From: Octopus vulgaris
Lineage: Eukaryota
NCBI GenBank assembly: GCA_951406725.2
Contig: OX597819.1
Span: forward strand, 90,086,001 to 90,150,000
Length of the DNA: 64,000 bases
Direction of reading: 5' to 3'
Under the pieces are notes generated by a model that saw only the letters and a program-made list of their open reading frames with translations, made no database searches and was not told the origin of the DNA. This document shows, piece after piece, positions 54,079 to 64,000 of the stretch. The position numbers were made by a program, and so were the translations under genes. How positions within the stretch are numbered: position 1 is the stretch's first letter; each line of letters opens with the position of its first letter.

Positions 54079-54129
54079 TATAGAAAATCTAGTGTCTCTG
54101 TAGAAAATTACTACTTTTAGCACTGTTAT

Positions 54130-54533
54130 TTTTTATGTTTTACTTGTTTTGGTCATAAGACTGCAGTGATGCTAGGGCACCACCTTGAAGGGTTTAGTTG
54201 AATAAATCAACCCTAGTACTTTTTTTTTTAAGCCTGATACTTATTCAGATTCTTCTGTCAAACCACTAAATTACAGGAGCATAAACAAACCAACACCAGT
54301 TGTCAAGTGGTGATGTGAGACAAAGACAAACACAAATATATATTATATACATATACATGTATATATATTATGTACAACAGGCTTCTTTCAGTTTCCGTCT
54401 ACCGAAACCACTCACAAAACTTTGGTCAGCTCGAAGCTGTACTAGAAGACACTTTCCTAAGGTGCCATGCAGTTGGACTGAACTCAGAAGCATGTAATGA
54501 GAAGCAAATTTCTTACCACACAGCCATGCCTGT
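54130..54533 (-). mobile_element. SINE family A (older)
   Basis: Decayed reverse-complement copy. More partial copies lie at 51310-51540 and 55950-56430. Confidence 0.85.
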
Positions 54534-56884
54534 TAAACTGTGAAATCAGCAACAATTTGGATTTTGGAGTCATTTGTATCACAGAATCTTACCAAATACG
54601 TTCTTGATTTCTGCAGTTTTTTTTCTCCTTGGCTATTTCTTTTTACTGCTTTCCAGAGGAAAGTTAAGCCTCAATAATAAATAGGATTTAAAAAAAGAAA
54701 AGAAAAAAAAAACATGCATTTGTCTTCTACCTAATGTAAAACACTGCATGTGAGAGCTATCAAGTGCTTCAACCAGTTAACCTAATAGGATTATATAAAG
54801 TTTGTCAGGTTTGCTGTACTTTTTTGACTAATTACAAATAATTTATGTTGTTGTTTAGTGCAAGACCAGCTGTTACCATCCATTTTGTTTATCTGAGATT
54901 ATATTATTCAGAGTAGCATGTGGCTGGAAGGAGATTTGTTTCTAGTAGTTTTAGTGAATATGAAGAGAGTTTCTCTTTGGTTTCTGTTACAAGTTGTTGA
55001 TAATCTGACTGAATGTACCATATCAATAAAAACAGGAAAAAACACCAACATTCACATGTATTTTTTTCTTCCTCTTTTCACTAATTATTTTGTCTGAAAA
55101 GTTCCTGATTTTGGGTAAAAGAAAATACAGGAAGATCAGTTAATTATGATTTTATTCATCATATTCCCCTCTCAGATCCACACACTTATTACAGCAGTCC
55201 TTCAGTTTTTCTAAGCTTTGTAAAAGAACTCAAAGGATTGGGCCCCTTGTATTTCTTAAATTATCTCAATTCTGACTATTCTTGGGTTTTGATCAAATTT
55301 TACATAGCCTTATATTGAAGTTAACCTGTGGCTATGCAAGATTTTAGAGTTGTGGGGCAATCTTATGGGATATAAATCAGCAAAGACCTGATTCACAATG
55401 ATGATTATGCTAACATCTTCATGAAAAGGTGGAACCATTTTTGACAAGAGTTATATATAGCTTATTCCATTCTATCTTAATTAATTGGGTTGAAATTCCA
55501 ACCAGTCTTTCAAATTGATATATTATACTTGCCTAGACATCTGCTTCTTCATCAAACAAATTGTCAATCTTCCCTGTCCTCTTACTCTGCAATTAATTCC
55601 AGAAGTGTTTTCCTCAGGTTAATCTGATCAACATTTTAACCCACTCACACATACATTTATTCAAAAGAAAAGAGCGTGCTCTCACCATCACCACCACACA
55701 CACAATCATTCTTTCATTTCATGTTCATATTTTTCCATGTTAGCAAGGGTTAGATGTAGAACTATTTGAAGTAGGGTGTTACAGTCAAATGCTCTTCTTC
55801 TTGCCAATTCTTACCTGTTTTTCAAATATTCCAAGTCAGTTATGATATCAACACTAAGTTCTGACAAGAGTAGAATATCAACATTCACGCACATTCTTAC
55901 ACACACACTACAAATTTTCTGAGGCTACCATTTACCATATTCACTTAAAGTATTGGTCAGCTTTGGGGCTATAGTCAAAGACACTTACCAATGGTTCTTT
56001 GCTGTGGGACCAATTCCAAAACCATGTGGTTGTGAAACAAACTTCTTGTTTCTGCAGCCATGCCTCTGTGTGTATGTAAAAACACAGACACACACACACA
56101 CACACATACAATGGGTGTCTTTCAGTTTCTATCTTCCAAATCCACCCACAAAGCTTGAGTTGTTTCAAGGTTATAATAGAAGACACTTGTCTAAGATGTC
56201 ACATTGTGGGACTGAACCCAGAACCATGTGGTTGAGAAGCAAAGCTTCTTACCACACATCAGTGTGCTTACACACAGTCTCTGTGTATATCAGATTCACT
56301 TACAAGGCATTTGTTGGCCTAAGACTCTAGTAGCTGACACTTACCCAAGATGTCATGCTGTAGGCTTGATCCCAAAACCACGTGATTGCAAAGTCAGCTT
56401 TTTAACCACACAGCCATGCATACACCTATATCACACAACCCACTAAGATCCATACAATTCCATCACACACTAATGTTTCACTCAAGCCAAGATTTCAAAG
56501 TGACCACCAACAAATGTCAAGATTATTTATTTTCAACTGTTGACCTAGATTTTATGGCTCAATGCTTTTCATTCAGAAATAATTCTTGTATTAGATATAC
56601 AGTAGCCTTGTGGTATTGATTTTTTTTTCTTAAAAATAAGCACCATAAAATGATGAATATAAATTTAATCTTTATCATTGTCATGAATAAATGAAGGATT
56701 TTCTTTTTTTTTTTTCAATGTCATTAGATACATTTCTATGACCAGGTTTTTAAGAGATAAGGAAAAGCCAAAAAGAGAATGGGAGCAGATAAGTGACTGA
56801 TACCAGGAAGGAAATTATTGCTTTTGTTTTGTATATATTTGTGTGTGTGTAGATTGATAGATAGATAGATAGATATGTATATGT

Positions 56885-57080
56885 GGAGGCAAATGGCTTA
56901 GAGCTTAGGGCGCTGGACTCATGATTGTAAGATTGTGGTTTTGATTCCTGACCAGGTAATGCATTGTTGTGTTCTTGAGCAAAACACTTCATTTCACATT
57001 GCTCCAGTCCACTCAGCTGATAAAAATGAGTAATAAAGAGGAATATATGTGCCAGAGAAACCAGGAAACCAGTCCTATGC
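56885..57080 (+). mobile_element. SINE family B
   Basis: Similar to 5265-5475 along its length. Confidence 0.75.
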
Positions 57081-57930
57081 TTTCTACATATAATATCATC
57101 ATCATTGTTTAATGATCGCCTTCCATGCTGGCATGGGTGGGATGGTTTAACAGAAGCCTGCACAAGACTTCTGTGCCTGTTTTGGCAGGACTTTTACAGT
57201 TGGATGCCCTTCCTAATACCAACCACTCAGCAGAGTGGATTTAGTGCTTATTACGTGACACAAGCATTGACGAAGTCAGTTTTGGAAAGTTTTTTACAGT
57301 TGAATGCCCTTCCAAATGCCAACCACTTTACAATGTGGCCTGGATGCTTTTTAAGTGGCACCTGCAAGACAAAAAAAGAAAAAAATCTTTTGAGAGGGAG
57401 GAGGCATTGGAGGAGGTGATCTTGTGACAGATGATGAAAGGTTGTAGTTAGACAAAAAGACAGGAACAGATGTCTTGCTGTAGAGGTGGTACAAGGTTAC
57501 CCAGCCAGAGAGAAAGAGAGAGAGAGAATGGGAGACAGCAGGATAGAGATGGTGGCAAGTGCCAGACCATACCCTTAGAAGCAACAGAGTGATTCGAGGG
57601 CCAAGAGTTTCATGCATTGCTAAGTCACTCTGTTGCTTCTTCTAAATATTAATAAAAGTATATACATATATACATGCATTCTCCTGTTTGCATCATCGGG
57701 GTCTAATGCTCTTAGCTTAGACTTCTTGGGGGACAACCAGATCAAACTATCTTAAGTGTAACTGCTCGAAATGGTCATGACTTCTGGGACTTGACTGATG
57801 AAAGAAAGCCAAGAATGGCCCGTCTTTTTTTGCCTGTCCTAATTGTTGTTTCTCATGTCCACCTTTGTGTCATCTATCTGTCTGCACATTTTAATGCCCT
57901 CTGTTGCATTTTTGTTCCATTTATATATTC

Positions 57931-57972
<42 letters not shown>

Positions 57973-58089
57973 ATAATAATAATAATACATGTATACACAC
58001 ACACACACACACACACACATAGTTATAAATGGTTTCATTTAGGCATAGTGATACCAATAGCCTGTTGTCCTTTGTTAGAACTCAATTAG

Positions 58090-58680
58090 GTTCTGAAAAT
58101 AATAGCTGATTTCAGAAACGTAATTTTATTCTGGAAAAATTAACAATAGAAATGTTTTGATTAGTATGAGCTGTGAACACCTATGCATTTCTGCCATTGA
58201 TCAACAATATTATTTATGCCTTGTTGATAAAAACTTATTGGCTTTGATGCTAAGAAATCTTTCAAAGCTGATTACACCTCTGGTTTGGACCTGAAAGTTT
58301 TATCACTTAAAAACATGTTTAAATGCTTTAAAAAATGGTATTTAGTGGGTGAAAGATCAGGAGAATATGGAGGATGTGGTAAAGTGTCATATTCCAAATC
58401 TGAGTTTCTTTCTGCAGCTTCATTCTTGCATTATTGTGGAGTAGAATTGGGCCACACTGATTCACCAATGCAGGTCTCAGTTTTGCAACTAAGCAAGCAT
58501 TTCAGCAAGTTGATTGCAGTAAACCTCTGCTATAATGCTCTGATTGGCTTTCAGAAAGCTGTAATGGACAACACCAATTGCAGACCAGCAGGCAGTTACC
58601 ATAATCGTGTGAAATGTTTGGGGTACCCATCATGATCAAGCCATTGACCTGATCGCTTATGGTTATCATAAAGGATCTTT
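58090..58680 (-). mobile_element. Mariner 3' relic
   Basis: Minus strand PHPPYSPDLSPTKYHFLKHL near 58320-58380. A smaller mariner C-terminal fragment lies at about 55105-55240. Confidence 0.8.
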
Positions 58681-59749
58681 GATGGAACTTAATATAACTT
58701 CAAATTTTGGCACAGGGCCAACAATTTTTGGGGAGAAGTAAGTTGATTACATTGACGCCAGTGTTCAGAGGGTACCTATTTTATCAAACACAAACAAATG
58801 AAAGGCAAAGTCCACCTCAGAACATAAAAATAGGCAAGATGCCACTAAGCATTTTACCCAGCATGTTAACAATTCTGCTAACTCACACATAAACATGCAT
58901 GCATCTGACAGTGTTCTGCATTTTCTGTTTACGAAATACCATTTGCACATTTTTAATAGTCTTAAAGTGAAGTTGCCTGACACTTGCGCAGGGTACAGCA
59001 CAGTGTGATCAAAGAGCTGGAATCACATAATTGTAAAGCAAACTTTATAAACACACACCATATATATATATCTATATATGTGTGTGTATACATATATTTC
59101 TCATGAAGGTGACCAAACAGAACCTTCAAAGTCACTGTCAACCTTTTCTTTGTTAAAATAAAATACAAGAACGTAATTGGGTAATTCTTCTGTTAATGTT
59201 TTTTTAATCTATAATTTTTCATAAACACACACACACACGTGTGTGTGTGTGTGTGCCAGTGTGGCTATGTGATAAGAAGCTTGTTTCCTAACCATGTGGT
59301 TCTTTGTTCAGTCCCACTGTGTGGCAACTGGAACAAGTGTCTTCTGTCATAGCCCAGAGAGAGTGTGTGTGTGTGTGTGTGTATTTTTGTGTTTGATTGC
59401 CACCACTGCTTGACAACCAGTATTATGTCCCTGTAACTTAGTGGTTTGGCAAAAAGATATCGATAGAATAAGTACAAGGCTTAGATAAAAATAAGTACTG
59501 GGGTTCATTTGTTCAACTAAACCCTTCAAGGCAGTGCCACAGTATGGCCACAGTCCGATGACTGAAACACGCCAACACCGATTGTCAAGTGGTGATGGGG
59601 GAGCAAACACGCACACACACAGCTATATATATAGAGATAGAAAGATTTGATAGATGGAAACTGTCGTGTGTGTATATATATATATACATACACACATGAC
59701 AGTTCCTATCTACCAAATCTACTCACAAGGCATTGAACGGCCTCAGGCT

Positions 59750-60080
59750 ATCGACCCCAAGACTTATTCTTGGTAAGCCTAGTACTTATTCTATCAGTCT
59801 TTTGCCGACCGCTAAGTTTCGGGGACGTAAACACACCAGCATTGGTTGTCAAGCGATGTTTGGGGGGGGGGGGTGGCAAACACAGATACACGCATATATA
59901 TACATATACATATATACGACAGGCTTCTTTCAGTTTCCTTCTACCAAATCCACTCACAAGGCTTTGGTTGGCTCGAGGCTATTGTAGAAGACACTTGCCC
60001 AAGGTGCCATGCAGTGGGACTGAACCCGGAACCATGTGGTTGGTAAGCAAGCTACTTACCACACAGACACTCCTGCGCCT
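59750..60080 (-). mobile_element. SINE family A
   Basis: Reverse-complement copy ending ctcctgcgcct. A plus-strand copy lies at about 59255-59570. Confidence 0.9.
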
Positions 60081-60614
60081 ATGTTCTTTTTTTTTTTTAA
60101 TTCTAATAGCACGTTGGATAATATAGTTTTAGATACACTATATCTGGAAAGAAAGTATAAAAAGAAAACGCAAGATGATCACAGCTGGACTCTTTCGATG
60201 AGAGTTAAGCTTCAACATAGCTGACCTGTTGACCTGGTGTTAAACAATAAAAACAACTGCGGCAGCAACGCCTAGCTTTAAGAATACGTACGTACGTACG
60301 TACATACATACATACATACATACATACATACATACATACATACATACGCGTATATATGTGTATGTATGTATATATATATATGTATGTATGTATATAAGTA
60401 CATGTATATTTGTTTTTGTGTGTATGGGGTGGTGTTATTATTTTATATTTATTGTTGCGGCCGTCGTTGTTGATGTTTTATGTTGTTGCCGTGGAGCTAA
60501 TTTAATTAGGATCAAATTAATGAGTTCCCTGTCTTACAACGTGTAAACCCTACCTCTGATGGTGGGTGGGTGTGGGTGTGACGGAGAGAGGTGTGGAGGA
60601 GAAAGTCTGCGATT

Positions 60615-60651
<37 letters not shown>

Positions 60652-60689
60652 TCAACAACTAACCAACCAGCCAACTATACGCTTGTATG

Positions 60690-60860
60690 TGTAATGTGCA
60701 GCGAAAGCATTGACGCTTTTCCTCACTTTCCGCACCCCTCCATCACCCTACATAGCAACGACCTATGACGTCACAGTTCCAGTGCCGTTGCTAGCGGAAC
60801 AAGCAGTTACGTCTTCTCGCTCAAAGTCCCCGCCTTGTTTTCATCCGGTAATGCTTTCAT
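60690..60860. promoter_or_regulatory. Promoter-like core with CRE and RFX X-box motifs
   Basis: catagcaac (60751-60759), TGACGTCA (60766-60773), GTTGCTAGCGGAAC (60787-60800), ccccgcc GC box and donor-like ccg|gtaatg (60847/60848), all within a CpG-retaining region of about 60100-62330. Confidence 0.6.
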
Positions 60861-61272
60861 CACACACACGGTTTCGGGGGAAGTCACACACAGCAGCAGC
60901 ATGACTGGGGTTATTTTTAGACTTCAAAATCAATGACTGGTTTGCAGAAGGGATCCCTCTCTCAGAAGCCGCTGCTTTTCACGTTAAATGAATGAATGAA
61001 TGAATGAAAGTATGAATGAATAAATAAAACAACACTGACTGGTGTGCATCTGTTGAGCGCAAGCAGGCAGTAAAGAATAGCTAACATAGAACTCTTTGTT
61101 AATTTGGTGATTTCTGGTGGTTTGTTCGTTTGTTTTTGATTTTTTAATGTTATTGTTATTTAGCTCCAAGTCAGCTCCAATCAAAGGCTTTCCGGCCATG
61201 ACCACACCGTCTTTTTTTTTTTCAGATGCAGTGTGTTTAATTCAATGTGTTCGTTTTATATATATATACATA

Positions 61273-61317
<45 letters not shown>

Positions 61318-62429
61318 GTAATACGATGTAATTTGAGATAGATTTGCCTGCTGTTTCTAGCAGATACAGTGATCACTCACGTAGTTCGCTTGATGTTTTG
61401 TCGTTGATTTTCTTTTAATTAAGTAAATCTATGATCAAAAGCGTTCTGGTTATGACTATTCTGACTTTATTTATTTTTTTTTTTTCGCATTCAAAATAGC
61501 ATCACCCAATTTCCTTTCCTTTGTGATTTGAGGGAGATCTGACAGCTATTGCTTGCAAATTGAGCGACCAAGTACAAGAGCGAATTGCAGATTTATAATA
61601 ATCTGTAGGGTTGCATCTATGCCGATGAAAATAACGAATCTTTACAAATTCGGTCGTCTTACTCTTAAGGCTTACACCATTTATATTTCTTAAGGGCTTC
61701 TAGAGATCTCGTCGCCATACTTATAAAGCCCTGTGGTTATGTTGTTGCTATTTATTTGTTCAAAGTCGAATATGAACAAGCAGAACGTATGAATCGTGAT
61801 CCCCTCAATTTGTAAATTGCGCAACCTGCCTTTTCTTTGTGATTTAACTACTATTTTCAGCAGATCGAGTAAAACTACGTAAAAGCTCTTTTGCTAGCCC
61901 GTTTTCGTGTTTTTATCGTAACAAAAAAACAAAAAAAAAAACCCCAGATGTAATCCGGCTTAATTTACACATATTTACCGCCTTACAAGTATTTTGATAC
62001 TTTCTGCGTTCTACTGTAAAGTACTGGAGTAAAGGAATCGAATTTACATACGCAACATTCGTAGAATGTAAGCTAGAACTCGTGGTTGCTGAAAGTGTGT
62101 GAAGAAATAACTGGTTCATGATTACGTAACCAGACAGACAGCATCACCATCAGCGTCTTACGCCAGCTTTTCAGCTTTTCTGTGTTGGCATAGTTAGGAC
62201 GGGTTTTTTTTTGTTTGTTCTTTTTTTCCTGATGCAGTGTTTTTCACGGTATGATGCCCTTTCTGTCGCCAAGCCTTTTGGTCGCCACTTACGACGTTAA
62301 AGGTTTCTATTCTAAAACGGGGATACATACACGATTTTAAATATACAGATATGTGTCATTATTCAATTATTGAGACACACATAAATACAGTAGTGACAGG
62401 TGACAAAATAGTTTTTGTGTATATATACA

Positions 62430-62820
62430 GGTACTTGCCCTGGGTATGACTTTAAAGTGCATCCAGTAGTGGGATTCTGCTTCAGGAGTTTCAGGGTTTT
62501 GAGGTGTGTGGAATCACTTCTTAGCCACTATCGTTTCCAGGTCTACTCTGACCTGGAGTAGTAGCACCTGTCAAGGTCTCAGCTATGATTGAATTAGCAT
62601 GTTATAGAAGAAACTCCAACCACAAACCCTCACTGCCTTGTGCGTGCCTTAGGAAAGGAAAAGGCTAAGGGAGCCAACCTTGACTGCAAATCAAGAAGTG
62701 GAATACCTCTGGCAGTCCAGTCCTCTCTTTGATATCTTCTCAAGTCCAGGATAGGTGGAACTCTCCCGCCCTGTAATGTAATTCACCTAGAAGAGGGTCA
62801 TTCCAGTGTAAAACCTACAA
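62430..62820 (+). mobile_element. Interspersed repeat, RTE 5'-UTR-like
   Basis: 62450-62580 has an inverted copy at 43025-43156. gccttgtgcgtgccttaggaaagg...ggctaagggag resembles RTE leaders (inference). Confidence 0.45.
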
Positions 62821-62882
62821 CTTGCTAGTTACTACAACTGTCTTGGCCCACTGAACCACTGTGGTCCAACTTCCAAGTTTAA

Positions 62883-63111
62883 CCCTTTAGCATTTAAACC
62901 AGCCATATCCAGCCAAAATATTTTACCTGTCTTATGTTCAAACTGGTCAGATCTGGCCCCTCACACCTACTCTACAATGTTATTCTAAAAATGAACAAAA
63001 TGAACTACCGCATCGTTGAAATCCTGAAGCTACAAGATATTTCATGATTAATTCAAAACAATGTGAATAAATAAGCATTACATTTACCAGAACAATCTGG
63101 CTGCTAAAGGG
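62883..63111. mobile_element. piggyBac-type MITE
   Basis: TTAA-CCCTTTAGCA ... TGCTAAAGGG-TTAA; partial copy at about 52870-53026. Confidence 0.9.
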
Positions 63112-63847
63112 TTAAAGAGTGGGACTGGATCATGCAGATCAACACTCACTTTAAAACAACTAAGCACTGGCAGAAAGAAAATCTCTGCTGCATCAAGGAT
63201 TGGTTTACTTGGCCACTTAAGAGTGTTCTGCTCTTCCTTATAATCTTCAGACACAAAGACACTGCTTTCATATATACAGGTGTGCATTTTTTTTTATTGG
63301 CCCAGAGAAGTGTGTGTGTGTGTGTGTTGATGAATGAGCCCCAAGCCAGCCAGTTGAATGGCCTTCTCTTGAATGCACTCAGGGATATTTGAGTTAATAT
63401 GCTTTTTTTGGCTTAGTCAAAGGATTGGTAATGTTCAGAAGGAAGATCTATCAAAGCTTGAGGTATACTACCGTTGATAAAATTCAAGGCTGAGAAAACT
63501 TTGTTAGCACATTGTAGTGGAGTAGTCTCATTTGACATTTCTGATCCGAGATGGTAGAAGGGTGGTCATGTAGCTAGGTGCTTTTCATGCCAGACAGAGT
63601 GCAACAATAAAGCCTTGTAAGTAGATTTGATATGTGGAAACTGAAAGAAGCCCATCATTTATATGTATATATGTCATATATACATATATGTTGGAATCAA
63701 GCATCACCATCATACAAGTGGTATTGTTTCCAGTCTTCCATAAGTCTGGCCATGGGGAAATACCACTTTGCTTAGAAACAGGCAAGGGTTGGCAACATGA
63801 AAGCATCTGGTAATAGAAAAAAATTTGCCTCAACAAATTTCATCATA

Positions 63848-64000
63848 GGTGCAGGAGTGGCTGTGTGTAAGTAGCTTGCTTACCAACCACATGGTTCTGG
63901 GTTCAGTCCCACTGCGTGGCACCTTGGGCAAGTGTCTTCTATTATAGCCTCAGGCCGACCAAAGCCTTGTGAGTGGATTTGTTAGATGGAAACTGAAAGA
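63848..64000 (+). mobile_element. SINE family A, cut by window end
   Basis: Family A head. Confidence 0.9.

Overview
This is AT-rich, repeat-saturated eukaryotic genomic DNA. Inference from the tRNA-derived SINE families, microsatellite density and TE spectrum points to an octopus (coleoid cephalopod) genome. Nearly all ORFs in the supplied track are microsatellite or SINE artefacts. The only host coding sequence I can support is a 74-nt ATG exon of a copine gene (31371-31444, +, MATDMFLPGSSMIPATLVELSVSC-R) inside a CpG-retaining region. I found no second copine exon in the remaining 32.5 kb. A second CpG-retaining promoter-like region with CRE and RFX X-box motifs lies near 60.75 kb. The rest is decayed mobile DNA: a Neptune-type Penelope-like element (RT plus GIY-YIG), several mariner and Tc1 copies, hAT and piggyBac MITEs, a hAT transposase fossil, a Helitron 5' part, R4/Dong, RTE and L1/Tx1-like LINE relics, three SINE families and a truncated tRNA-Lys copy. 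The most notable unannotated signal is a set of four good and one weak minimal type-I hammerhead-ribozyme motifs, unrelated in sequence and each in a short module next to a microsatellite. Two long near-perfect hairpins and close inverted SINE pairs (possible ADAR substrates) are also present. There is no CRISPR array or prokaryote-type system. All calls were made by eye, so boundaries of decayed elements are approximate (tens of bp).
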